Shown here in pieces: positions 1 to 8,406 of a stretch of 64,000 nt of DNA (positions within the stretch are counted from its first letter, which is position 1; each line of letters starts with the position of its first letter). The DNA lies in NCBI GenBank assembly GCA_944392175.1, contig CALXVT010000002.1, positions 27,436-91,435 on the forward strand. Reading direction: 5' to 3'. This DNA is from an uncultured Clostridia bacterium. GTDB lineage: Bacteria > Bacillota > Clostridia > TANB77 > CAG-508. The notes beneath the pieces were generated by a model. That model had not been told where the DNA came from and did not search any database. It saw only the letters and a program-made list of their open reading frames with translations. The translations under genes and the position numbers were made by a program.

Positions 1-848
1 AATGCAGCTATAATCATTACTATTATTAAATATTTTACATTTTTATTTCTTTTTATTTTTATCTTATATGGATGTCTCCTGCTCTCTTTTCTAGCTTTTT
101 GAGTATTTTCTATCTGAAGATCTACTTTCTTTATCTTTTCTTCTAAAATATTTAATTTTTCCGGTTTATTTTTATTTATTTTTGTCTTAATTACATAAAT
201 TAATTTTCGTATTCTTAAAATCAAATCTAAATCTATTATTACACATATTAAGTATTCTATAATAGCTGGCAAAAATAATACAAAATAGAATGGCCAAACT
301 GCAACATGCAGATTTGCAATTAGAAGAGATATTATTATTAATCCTACTGCATAACCTATTTTTCGACTCTTTAAAAACCTTTCTATAAAGAATATTGTTA
401 AGGCAAATAATATAAATGTTACTAATTGTGCTCTTGCTGCTATATATGACCTCATAAGGTATAGTGCACCTATTGTTAAAACAAATGGAATTATATGATT
501 TTTACTCATTTTTACATTGGTAAAATACATTACTAATCCCAATATAGAAGCAAAAACCAATGTTGATATGTATATTCCATCCCATCCACCAATACTATAT
601 ATAAAATTCATAATTACATCATATAGCCAATGTGGATATTCATATGATAAATTATCATGCCAAGAATAATGATCCATACCATCTATTCCATAGTTTGATA
701 TATCTTCACCAATTTTTACTGAATAATATGTATCATTTTGCATAGTAACCGGTGAAATAGCAATACAGAACATAATTATACAAACAATTGCCAATACGTT
801 AAATACCGCATTTCTTTTATTGAAATTCTTTTTTTCTCTACTCTTCAT
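1..848 (-). CDS. polytopic membrane protein, N-terminal 282 codons only (continues past window start); GT-C/ArnT-like glycosyltransferase suspected
   Basis: Own minus-strand translation from ATG 848-846 (MKSREKKNFNKRNAVFNVLAIVCIIMFCIAISPVTMQNDTYYSVKIGEDISNYGIDGMDHYSWHDNLSYEYPHWLYD...). It stays open to nt 1 and has several hydrophobic spans. It is not in the ORF track because there is no stop in the window. Confidence 0.55.
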   Translation of the reverse strand, partial: MKSREKKNFNKRNAVFNVLAIVCIIMFCIAISPVTMQNDTYYSVKIGEDISNYGIDGMDHYSWHDNLSYEYPHWLYDVIMNFIYSIGGWDGIYISTLVFASILGLVMYFTNVKMSKNHIIPFVLTIGALYLMRSYIAARAQLVTFILFALTIFFIERFLKSRKIGYAVGLIIISLLIANLHVAVWPFYFVLFLPAIIEYLICVIIDLDLILRIRKLIYVIKTKINKNKPEKLNILEEKIKKVDLQIENTQKARKESRRHPYKIKIKRNKNVKYLIIVMIIAA

Positions 849-942
849 TAATTTTGTACTCCTTCTTTTAAGATATGCCTATTATAACAAAAAAGAATAA
901 ATAAGAAAAGCATTTTACTATGTAATTAAAATTTCCTATATC

Positions 943-978
943 ACAAAAAAATAATAGTCATTTAAAACAACTATTATT
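943..978 (-). terminator. rho-independent terminator downstream of SSB-like gene
   Basis: 9-bp stem aataatagt/actattatt (950-958/970-978). On the minus strand a T-run follows (plus-strand A-run 944-950). Confidence 0.6.
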
Positions 979-1021
979 TTTCTAAAATTTCTCTTAAAAT
1001 TTCTAAATTTATATTTAAGCA

Positions 1022-1699
1022 CTATATAACTTCTTTGTTTTCTTCTTTATTAGTTTCGTCTTCTTCATTTACGATTTCTAAACTACTTATAGATACTTCA
1101 TATGCAGTTCTAGTTTGAGTAGTTCCATCTTCTAATTTCTTTTCATAGTTTCTAGATTGAACTCTACCAGTAATTTTTACTTTTGTTCCAACTTCAATGT
1201 TTTGGCAGAATCTTGCATTTCTTCCCCAAGCTATAGCTGGAATATAGTCTGATTTATTATAAGCTCTGTTAACTGCTAATAATATATCTGATATTTCTCT
1301 TCCAAATGGTGTTTGACGATATATTGGTTTTTTACAAATATATCCTACTAAAGTTACTTCATTTGTAACTTTTTCATTTGATGCTTCTTCATCATCACTT
1401 AAGAATTGAATATCTTTTGCAAATACTGTTAAAATTAATCTGTTCTTTTCGTTTTCATAACTATTGTATGATCTAAATTGTCCTTCGATTGCTACTTTAT
1501 CTCCAACTTCTAACTCTTTTTCAATTATTAGTCTCTCTGAAATTGTTATCGGAATAATATCAGAGTTTCCACTTAAACGTGATACCTCTAAATCAAATAT
1601 GTAAAAACTTTCTCCATAAATTTCATGACTAAATCTTTTTTCGCTTGTAACTTTTCCAACCAATACCAAATGGTTATTTTCTGAATAATTTGTAACCAA
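1022..1699 (-). CDS. SSB-family protein with two tandem OB-fold-like halves and an acidic tail
   Basis: 225 aa. Two similar halves (LVLVGKVTSEKRFSHEIYGESFYIFDLEV... and VTLVGYICKKPIYRQTPFGREISDILLAV...) with GxFRSYN / GRVQSRNYE motifs typical of SSB OB folds. The C-terminus is acidic (EEDETNKEENKE). Confidence 0.6.
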   Translation of the reverse strand: MVTNYSENNHLVLVGKVTSEKRFSHEIYGESFYIFDLEVSRLSGNSDIIPITISERLIIEKELEVGDKVAIEGQFRSYNSYENEKNRLILTVFAKDIQFLSDDEEASNEKVTNEVTLVGYICKKPIYRQTPFGREISDILLAVNRAYNKSDYIPAIAWGRNARFCQNIEVGTKVKITGRVQSRNYEKKLEDGTTQTRTAYEVSISSLEIVNEEDETNKEENKEVI

Positions 1700-1850
1700 C
1701 TTTTTTTCCTCCCATACAATTAAATTTTATCTATTGTTTCCCTTTTATGTTTCCGTTCTGTATAAAACATCCCGATACACCTATTATACTACTTTTTTTT
1801 GGTTTTGTCTACATAAAAAGTTATTTTTTGGAATATTTTATGTTTATTTA

Positions 1851-2009
1851 TTATTGGTTTACAGTTTCTATTGTATTATTAGAAAGCATATTTGCTGTAG
1901 GAATTGCTTGTTGATTATCATATGTTGTTGCAACACAATATAATAAAATAACTGTAAAAACAGCAACTATATATGAAATAACTTTTTCCTTATTTATAAC
2001 ATAAAACAT
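1851..2009 (-). CDS. small membrane protein (52 aa), unannotated in ORF track
   Basis: Own translation MFYVINKEKVISYIVAVFTVILLYCVATTYDNQQAIPTANMLSNNTIETVNQ. GGAGG lies 7 nt upstream of the ATG at 2009. One clear TM span. Confidence 0.4.
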   Translation of the reverse strand: MFYVINKEKVISYIVAVFTVILLYCVATTYDNQQAIPTANMLSNNTIETVNQ

Positions 2010-2171
2010 ATGATAACCTCCAAACTTTGTTTTATTATCTTTTTAATTTATATTCTTTCATTAGTTTTTTATACTCATTTTTTATTTCTATTTTTCAACA
2101 TTTTTCTCGTTTTCTCATAATATATAATATAAACCATTTAAATGGTATTTTAAGAAAGGAAGTTGAAAATT

Positions 2172-2612
2172 ATGGATTATGATAAAAATATATGCCCTAT
2201 CATAGATGTAGATGGTGTAATAGAAAATGGAAAGCAATTTGATATTGATATTACTTTACCAGAAGATAATAGAAATGTTATTTACGGTATTGTAAGAGAT
2301 TGTTATAAAGATCCTGTTCCTAATGCTGTTGTAAAATTAATAGAAGTAATTTGTAATCATAAAGGAGAAGAAGAAAGAAAACCTGTTTCTCATACCTTTA
2401 CAGATTGTGATGGAGAATTCGTATTTGGTCCTCTTTGTCATAACAGAATGTATGAAATTCAAATATGGGTAGATAATGTTAAGCATATAAAAGTTTGTGC
2501 AAAAGCTGAACCAAAAGATAACGATTGTTTAAAAGGTGTAAACATTGATTGTTCTAAAGATTGTCCTAAAGAATTACCTTGTCCTGACAAATGTGACAAA
2601 AAAGATTTTTAA
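2172..2612 (+). CDS. carboxypeptidase-regulatory-like (CarboxypepD_reg) beta-sandwich protein with Cys-rich tail
   Basis: IYGIVRDCYKDPVPNAVVKLIEV...TDCDGEFVFGPL...YEIQIW pattern. The tail is DCLKGVNIDCSKDCPKELPCPDKCDKKDF. ATG at 2172 follows AAAGGAAG; the track's TTG at 2163 is too close to the RBS. Confidence 0.5.
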   Translation: MDYDKNICPIIDVDGVIENGKQFDIDITLPEDNRNVIYGIVRDCYKDPVPNAVVKLIEVICNHKGEEERKPVSHTFTDCDGEFVFGPLCHNRMYEIQIWVDNVKHIKVCAKAEPKDNDCLKGVNIDCSKDCPKELPCPDKCDKKDF

Positions 2613-2618
2613 GCAAAA

Positions 2619-2650
2619 AATGGGAATGATTATATCATTCCCATTTTTCT
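2619..2650 (+). terminator. rho-independent terminator (bidirectional context)
   Basis: 12-bp stem aatgggaatgat/atcattcccatt with loop tata, then TTTTT. Confidence 0.7.
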
Positions 2651-2767
2651 TGCAAATTGTTTTCCTTTTTTTACCATTTTCTTCTTAGTCATATCTTTTT
2701 CATTCATCATATATATAACACCTGCTGAAAGAATTGTTCCAACAAGCATTCCTTTCATAAAGTTCAT
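2630..2767 (-). CDS. small membrane/basic protein (45 aa), unannotated in ORF track
   Basis: Own translation MNFMKGMLVGTILSAGVIYMMNEKDMTKKKMVKKGKQFARKMGMI. AAGAGGGA RBS lies 4 nt before the ATG at 2767. Confidence 0.45.
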   Translation of the reverse strand: MNFMKGMLVGTILSAGVIYMMNEKDMTKKKMVKKGKQFARKMGMI

Positions 2768-2801
2768 AATATCCCTCTTTTCGATTTTATTTAATATATT
2801 T

Positions 2802-3191
2802 TTACCTAATATTATTATTGCTATTTTTTTGTTTAATATACAATTTTATATATGAATATATTTCATGTATGACAATTATTGCCAAAAAAATTCCAAATAT
2901 TTTTCTTAAAAGATTATCATTAATATTTTTAGATATTATCGCTCCTATTATAGCTCCAACTATACCTGCTATTCCAACAATAATTCCTGTTTTTAAATCT
3001 AATAATTTTTGTTTCCTATTGATTATTACAGATATGATAGCAGTTGGAATAAAAAATATTAAATTACTTGCCTGTGCAACATGTTGAGTTGTTCCCAAAG
3101 CATATACTAAAAGAACTATTAATATAGTTCCTCCACCCATTCCAATCCCACTAATTATACCTGATAATATACCTGTTATAATTTCTAACAT
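2802..3191 (-). CDS. TauE/SafE-family anion exporter, C-terminal half-size subunit
   Basis: 129 aa, 4 predicted TM spans, GIGMGGGTILIVLL motif typical of TauE/SafE repeats. Confidence 0.65.
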   Translation of the reverse strand: MLEIITGILSGIISGIGMGGGTILIVLLVYALGTTQHVAQASNLIFFIPTAIISVIINRKQKLLDLKTGIIVGIAGIVGAIIGAIISKNINDNLLRKIFGIFLAIIVIHEIYSYIKLYIKQKNSNNNIR

Positions 3192-3218
3192 AAACTTGCC
3201 TTTCTTTTTTTCTATTTT

Positions 3219-3575
3219 TTATAAAAAAATCATTTTATATGATGTATATATCAAAAATAAAATAAAAATAAGTTTTAAATATTTTACGGGAATTTTCTTT
3301 AACAATTTTGCACCAATATATCCTCCAATTAAACCTCCAATAGCACATAATATAGATATTTTCCAGTCTATAAAATCACTTTTGTAATAGAAAAAACTAC
3401 TCGTAATTACCATTGGTAATATACAAAGTACAGATGTTGCTCTTGCTTTTCTATCTTCCATATTTAAAAAATAAATAAATGCGGGAACAATTATCATTCC
3501 TCCGCCTGTAGCAAACAATCCACTAATAATTCCAGCTATAAATCCAATTATTATTTTTATCACAATATTTTTCAT
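3219..3575 (-). CDS. TauE/SafE-family anion exporter, N-terminal half-size subunit
   Basis: 118 aa, 4 TM spans, GLFATGGGMIIVPAFIYFL motif. It ends 27 nt before the second half starts. Confidence 0.65.
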   Translation of the reverse strand: MKNIVIKIIIGFIAGIISGLFATGGGMIIVPAFIYFLNMEDRKARATSVLCILPMVITSSFFYYKSDFIDWKISILCAIGGLIGGYIGAKLLKKIPVKYLKLIFILFLIYTSYKMIFL

Positions 3576-3615
3576 ACTCTTTATATTTTTTACTAGTTAA
3601 ATTATTTTATGCAAT

Positions 3616-3656
3616 TAAAAAGCGACCTCTAATTTATTTTTTATTAGATTGTCGCT
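3616..3656 (-). terminator. terminator downstream of rarA
   Basis: Long imperfect hairpin agcgacctctaat/attagattgtcgct. A U-run follows on the minus strand (plus aaaa 3617-3620). Confidence 0.55.
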
Positions 3657-3662
3657 CAATTT

Positions 3663-4904
3663 TTATTCTATATTTTCATCTTTTATATAATATTTAGTTC
3701 CAAGCATTTTATCTGGCAAATATTGTTGTTCTACATAGTGACCTGGAAAATCATGTGGATATAAATATCCTTCATGATATCCAAGAGCTTCCATTCCTTC
3801 CACTGGTGCATTTCTAATATGCATTGGAATTTCTCCTGTATCTTTATTTTTAACATCTTCTAAAGCCCTGTTTATTGCTAAATATGATGCATTTGATTTT
3901 TTAGATGTTGCAACATATACTGCAGCTTCTGATAAAATTATTCTAGCTTCAGGCATACCAATCATGTGAACTGCTTGCATTGCTGAAGTTGCTACTACAA
4001 GTGCATTCGGATTTGCCATTCCAACATCTTCTGCAGCAGCAATTACTATTCTTCTTGCTAAAAACACAGGATCTTCCCCACCATTTATAGCTCTTGCTAA
4101 ATAAAAAACTGTAGCATCTGGATCTGATCCACGCATAGATTTTATGAAAGCACTAATATTGTCATAATGACTATCGCCTTTTTTGTCAAAGATTGCTTTT
4201 CTTTCCTGAACACATTCTTTTGCAATTTCATCTGTGATATGTATATAACCATCAGAAGAAATTTCTGTTGTTAAAACAGCAACCTCTAAACCATTTAATG
4301 CTGTTCTTACATCACCATTTGCTGTATCTGCTATTTTTTCTATTGTTTCATCACTAATTTTTATATCATAACTTTTTAGTCCATCTTCTCTTTCTAGTGA
4401 CATTTTTAAAACTTTTATTATATCTTTTTTAGTTAATGGATTTAGTTTAAAAACCATTGACCTAGAAATCAAAGCTTTATTAACTTCAAAATATGGATTT
4501 TCTGTAGTTGCACCAATTAAAATAACAGTTCCATCTTCTACATATGGTAATAGAGCATCTTGTTGAAGTTTATTAAATCTATGAATCTCATCTATAAATA
4601 AAATACTCTTTCCTTGTGGATTTAGCATCATATTTTTTGTTTCTTCTACTACTCTTTTTATATCTGAAACTCCTGATGTTACTGCATTTATTTTATAAAA
4701 TTTGTATTTTGTTGTTTCACTAATTACTCGTGCAAGTGACGTTTTTCCACAGCCTGGAGGTCCAAATAAAATTATACTAGATAATCTATCTGCCTTTATT
4801 GTTCTGTATAATATCTTGTCCTTTCCTAATATATGTTCTTGTCCAACATATTCATCCAACGTTTTTGGTCTCATTCTATAAGCTAAAGGCTTGCTTAAGT
4901 CCAT
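3663..4904 (-). CDS. rarA: replication-associated recombination protein A (AAA+ ATPase RarA/MgsA)
   Basis: 413 aa. Walker [12 protein letters not shown], Walker [11 protein letters not shown], and the C-terminal MgsA motif [36 protein letters not shown]. Confidence 0.9.
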   Translation of the reverse strand: MDLSKPLAYRMRPKTLDEYVGQEHILGKDKILYRTIKADRLSSIILFGPPGCGKTSLARVISETTKYKFYKINAVTSGVSDIKRVVEETKNMMLNPQGKSILFIDEIHRFNKLQQDALLPYVEDGTVILIGATTENPYFEVNKALISRSMVFKLNPLTKKDIIKVLKMSLEREDGLKSYDIKISDETIEKIADTANGDVRTALNGLEVAVLTTEISSDGYIHITDEIAKECVQERKAIFDKKGDSHYDNISAFIKSMRGSDPDATVFYLARAINGGEDPVFLARRIVIAAAEDVGMANPNALVVATSAMQAVHMIGMPEARIILSEAAVYVATSKKSNASYLAINRALEDVKNKDTGEIPMHIRNAPVEGMEALGYHEGYLYPHDFPGHYVEQQYLPDKMLGTKYYIKDENIE

Positions 4905-4913
4905 AATATCACC

Positions 4914-5534
4914 TTACATTCCTAAATATCCTAATGCCTTTCTTATAATATCTTCTATACTTAGATTTGTTGTATCTATTTTCTTTATTACATTTTCTAT
5001 TTCTTGTCTTGTATATCCAAGTACTTTTAGTGCTTGAATTGCTTCTTCTAATTTATTATCTTCTATAATACTATTTTTAATTTCTATGTCATCCTTTGTA
5101 ATACTTTCTTCTGTTTTTAATTTATCTTTTAGTTCTAATATAATTCTTTGTGCTGATTTTGTTCCTATTCCTGGTATTTTTGTAAGTGTTTTTACATCAT
5201 TTGATATTACAGCTAAAGCAAATTTTGATGGTGTTATTGAAGATAACATATTTATAGCTGATTTTGCTCCTACTCCACTTACTGAAAGTAATAATTCGAA
5301 CATTCTTAATTCTTCATTTGTTATAAATCCGTATAAACTTATATCGTCTTCTCTAACTTGCATATGTGTATAAATCTTAATATTTTTACCTGTCTCGTCC
5401 AATCTTTGAATAGCTGATTCAGACATAAATATTTTAAATCCTACTCCATTTACATCTATTACAATATAATTTAATGTTTTTAATTCTAATGTACCTTTTA
5501 TATATGAAAACATATCTTTCTCCTTTGCAAACAA
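4914..5534 (-). CDS. ruvA: Holliday junction branch-migration complex subunit RuvA
   Basis: 206 aa. FSYIKGTL...VIDVNGVGFKIF N-terminus and HhH motifs LLSVSGVGAKSA / LTKIPGIGTKSAQRIILELK. Confidence 0.9.
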   Translation of the reverse strand: MFAKEKDMFSYIKGTLELKTLNYIVIDVNGVGFKIFMSESAIQRLDETGKNIKIYTHMQVREDDISLYGFITNEELRMFELLLSVSGVGAKSAINMLSSITPSKFALAVISNDVKTLTKIPGIGTKSAQRIILELKDKLKTEESITKDDIEIKNSIIEDNKLEEAIQALKVLGYTRQEIENVIKKIDTTNLSIEDIIRKALGYLGM

Positions 5535-5579
5535 ATTTTCTGTTTTGTATTATATCATAGTTTTTTATTTTTGCAAGAA

Positions 5580-5786
5580 TTAATCTTCTTTATATTCTAA
5601 AATATCTCCTGGAGTACAATTTAAAACTTTGCATAATTTATCTAGTGTTGAAAAACGTATAGCTTTTCCTTTGTTAGTTTTTAATATTGATAAATTAGCA
5701 GGTGTTATTCCAATTTTTTCTGCAAGCTCATTAGATGGCATCTTCCTTTTTGCCATTACAACATCTAAATTTACAATTATAGCCAT
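5580..5786 (-). CDS. XRE-type HTH transcriptional regulator (YozG-like, 68 aa)
   Basis: MAIIVNLDVVMAKRKMPSNELAEKIGITPANLSILKTNKGKAIRFSTLDKLCKVLNCTPGDILEY. This is the usual partner of a DUF2975-type membrane protein. Confidence 0.8.
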   Translation of the reverse strand: MAIIVNLDVVMAKRKMPSNELAEKIGITPANLSILKTNKGKAIRFSTLDKLCKVLNCTPGDILEYKED

Positions 5787-5799
5787 TACTTTGCCTCCT

Positions 5800-6306
5800 T
5801 TAAATTGTTAAATCATTTTCTTCTTTATGTCTAATTGCTTCTTTATATATTTCTAAAAGTATTACCATTCCTAATCCTAAAAAAACAAATAAAATTCCTA
5901 TAAAAGCAATAAATATACTACATATTTGTGCATATGTTGCTATATATTCTAATTCTTCATAAGGAATAAAAAAGTTCAATAATATTGCTATTAAAAAATA
6001 AATTACTCCAGTTACTAAAAAAGAAAGCCATATATTCTTTAATCTTTTAATATTTTTTCTATTAAATGCATCTTTTATTTCAAATGTTTGAAATATTTTT
6101 ATTAAATTATACAATACTATTATTGCTGGAATTGCTGTAACCATTACTAAATAAATTATTATATATTTAGGTTCTTGTGTAATATTTAATTTAAGCATTA
6201 TACACATTACTAATAATATTATTTCTATTACTACTACAGATCCTAAAAAAGCTTTTAATCCAACCAATATTCCTGATGATAAACTATTCTTTCCTAATAT
6301 TTTCAT
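5800..6306 (-). CDS. DUF2975-like membrane protein
   Basis: 168 aa, 4-5 TM spans, directly upstream of the YozG-like HTH gene (a known gene pair). Confidence 0.6.
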   Translation of the reverse strand: MKILGKNSLSSGILVGLKAFLGSVVVIEIILLVMCIMLKLNITQEPKYIIIYLVMVTAIPAIIVLYNLIKIFQTFEIKDAFNRKNIKRLKNIWLSFLVTGVIYFLIAILLNFFIPYEELEYIATYAQICSIFIAFIGILFVFLGLGMVILLEIYKEAIRHKEENDLTI

Positions 6307-6475
6307 ATGTACCTTCTTTCTATTAATATTTTTTATATTAATTATTTAAATTAAGATATACTTATTATATTTGTGGAATTTACGATTGTCAACATAATTT
6401 TATTGTTTTTCAATATAACAATTTAGTACAGATTCCATATTATATTATAAGAATTTTAAGTTTTTGGAGGCTAGA

Positions 6476-7370
6476 ATGATAAATTATTTAATCTTTAAAA
6501 AACAATTAAATATTTTAATAAAAAAATATAATTTTTTAAAGTATTTTTCTATTGGAAAAAGTGTTTTAAATAATGAAATTTATTGTATAAAATTCGGTAA
6601 TGGAAATAAACAAATTCTGTATTCAGCTGGAATACATGCAAATGAATACATAACCTCTATATTATTACTTAAATTTATAGAAGATTTAGCTATAGCATAT
6701 AAAAATAATTCTAAAATTTATGATTATTTTATACAAGATTTATATAATAATTCTAGTATTTATATAATTCCAATGGTAAATCCAGATGGTATTAATTTAG
6801 TTAACAATTTTTATGATTCTGATAGTAAGATTTATAATAAATGCTTAAATATTTCTAATAAATATCCCAATTTACGTTTTCCTTTAGATTGGAAAGCAAA
6901 TATTAATGGTGTAGATTTAAATTCACAATTCCCGGCAAATTGGAAATTAGGAAAAGAATTAAAAAGCAAGGAAGGCTATTATACATTCGCTCCACGTGAT
7001 TTTGCTGGTGAATATCCAATTTCTGAACCAGAAGCTAAATCTTTATATGAATTTACCTTATCTAAAAATTTTGATTTAATACTTTGTTTTCATTCTCAAG
7101 GTGAGGTTATTTATTGGAATTATAATGGTTATGCCCCTAAAAATTCTTTTGAAATTGCCAAAGATTTTGCACAAGCCAGTGGTTATTCGTTAGAAGATAC
7201 ACCTTATCTTTCTTCTTTTGGTGGTTTTCGTGATTGGTTTATTAATAATTTTAATAAACCTGGCTTTACAATTGAAGTTCGGAAAAGGTATAAATCCACT
7301 ACCTATGGAACAGTTTAATAAAATCTATCATGATAATATCGGAATTTTAATATCAGGAGCTGTTTTATAA
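6476..7370 (+). pseudogene. M14-family zinc carboxypeptidase (gamma-D-glutamyl-diamino-acid peptidase-like) with an apparent 1-nt frameshift near 7280
   Basis: HANEYITS zinc motif and PMVNPDG. The in-frame end FTIEVRKRYKSTTYGTV* is atypical. Shifting one base after GTT (7277-7279) gives GKGINPLPMEQFNKIYHDNIGILISGAVL* ending at 7370. ATG 6476 follows GGAGG. Confidence 0.7.
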
Positions 7371-7377
7371 TTATAGA

Positions 7378-7443
7378 ACAAATCGGAAAGCCTTAATATT
7401 TGTACTAACTTTATCCTTTCTCTTTGGCTTTCTGTAAATTTGT
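7378..7443. repeat. large-loop hairpin element H (copy 1): ACAAATC-GGAAAGCC ... GGCTTTC-TGTAAATTTGT
   Basis: Inverted arms read directly from the sequence. A second copy at 63913-63997 has the same outer arms but a different G+C-rich inner stem. Confidence 0.5.
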
Positions 7444-7496
7444 TATGTACCAATTTTATGTTAGTAAAATTGTGTATAATTGTTAGCACAAAGCGA

Positions 7497-7587
7497 CATG
7501 TACAGATTGGTTCGCAATCGCACGAGTATAGGAAACTTAACCTTGTTATATACGTAAAATTCTAGCAATTTTTCCTATATAATAAAA
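7497..7587 (+). repeat. conserved 91-nt non-coding element R (copy 1)
   Basis: Hand alignment with the reverse complement of 60311-60402 gives about 77 identical positions of 92. Identical blocks are catgtacagattg, gcaatcgcacg, ccttgttatatacgtaaaa and atttttcctatataataaaa. Confidence 0.8.
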
Positions 7588-7592
7588 AATTC

Positions 7593-7632
7593 CCCATGAT
7601 AGGAATTTTAAATTATATTCCTATCACGGGGA
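7593..7632 (-). terminator. terminator of the 68-aa orphan ORF
   Basis: 15-bp stem ccccatgataggaat/attcctatcacgggg (one C/A mismatch) immediately after the stop at 7642. A T-run follows on the minus strand. Confidence 0.75.
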
Positions 7633-7641
7633 TTTAAGAGA

Positions 7642-7848
7642 TTATACTGGATACAATCTCCTTCTAGGCCTTAAATACACATCATACTCCCACTTTGATG
7701 GCCTATCTGTACGAGTAATTACATACTCATACTCTGAGTTGCTAGCAGGAATATGAGCATGTTCTCCTGCCTTTATGATTGACGCTGTTAAATATGCGTC
7801 TTTTCCGAATTTCTCCAGTATCTGAAAAATAGACATTTTTTTCTCCAT
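7642..7848 (-). CDS. orphan 68-aa protein, G+C-elevated
   Basis: AAAGGAGAAAG RBS. Own promoter TTGAAA-17-TATAAT (7890-7918, minus). Block 7681-7740 has 23 G+C of 60. Confidence 0.6.
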   Translation of the reverse strand: MEKKMSIFQILEKFGKDAYLTASIIKAGEHAHIPASNSEYEYVITRTDRPSKWEYDVYLRPRRRLYPV

Positions 7849-7889
7849 TTTTCTTTCTCCTTTCAGCCAAACTTATTGTGTCAAATTAT

Positions 7890-7918
7890 ATTATATCACT
7901 TTATTTTTATCTTTTCAA
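7890..7918 (-). promoter_or_regulatory. sigma-A-type promoter for the 68-aa ORF
   Basis: Minus strand TTGAAA (7918-7913), 17-nt spacer, TATAAT (7895-7890). Confidence 0.5.
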
Positions 7919-7947
7919 ATATTTTCCAATTTGTTTTATAAAAATAA

Positions 7948-8406
7948 TTACTTATATATCTTTCTAATTTTTTCGAAAATATTTTCAATAAAATTATTTC
8001 TTTTTCTAGGCAATAATTTAGTATGCCCTTTTTCATACGCTTCAAAAGCTTCTTGTAGTAAGTCACGATCTTCTTTAGGTGGTTCAATAATAGTTTTACT
8101 CGGAAAAAATAACTTTTTTAATTCTTGCTTTTCTTCAGGATCTTCTACCCAAAATTTATAATTTATCCAAGCTAAAATATTAATTGTATCTTCATCAAAT
8201 TGCTGTTCTGTTAGTGGCTTTTTCCAATTAATATTTACAGATACCTCATCATAATCAGCAAAATAATTAATAGTATCTAATACTTGTTTTGGAATTTTAT
8301 TTACATATTTTTCTTCAATTCCTTTTAATATTTCATTAAGTTCTGTACAGACAATTTTTTGTTTTTTATTCATATTTTCTCCTCTATCGTTCGTTTTCTT
8401 GTTCAC
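7948..8406 (-). CDS. hypothetical 152-aa protein, third gene of the giant-protein operon
   Basis: Overlaps the upstream ORF by 23 nt. No TM or signal peptide. An internal MNKKQKIV start is also possible. Confidence 0.55.
   Translation of the reverse strand: MNKKTNDRGENMNKKQKIVCTELNEILKGIEEKYVNKIPKQVLDTINYFADYDEVSVNINWKKPLTEQQFDEDTINILAWINYKFWVEDPEEKQELKKLFFPSKTIIEPPKEDRDLLQEAFEAYEKGHTKLLPRKRNNFIENIFEKIRKIYK

Noticed and set aside
1734-1943. 69-aa plus-strand ORF in the SSB upstream region; likewise 19900-20109, 33089-33286, 33549-33812 and 61028-61225
   Set aside because: These are low-complexity translations of A/T-rich intergenic DNA with no RBS. Two of them overlap better-supported minus-strand features (the 29-aa ORF and the integrase relic).
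2818-3387. Plus-strand ORFs 2818-3087 and 3196-3387
   Set aside because: They are antisense to the TauE-like genes, low in complexity and lack an RBS. The same reasoning rejects the other nested or antisense track ORFs: 5086-5373, 5629-5811, 7896-8087, 7931-8161, 8958-9170, 9443-9853, 10450-10638, 10674-10868, 12077-12298, 17136-17318, 21103-21309, 25644-25832, 26818-27285, 26850-27149, 27545-27763, 29329-29571, 30656-30871, 32212-32595, 34677-35170, 35601-36143, 36261-36800, 44032-44525, 47662-47844, 50083-50709, 51073-51288, 51387-51587, 52337-52576, 54284-54511, 55050-55241, 56108-56308, 58051-58365, 59143-59394, 61768-61959 and 63365-63706.
7458-7565. 35-codon ORF (MLVKLCIIVSTKRHVQIGSQSHEYRKLNLVIYVKF) spanning R copy 1
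   Set aside because: There is no RBS. In copy 2 the same frame is broken by an indel and a stop (…HGHR*), so the conservation is at the nucleotide level rather than the coding level.
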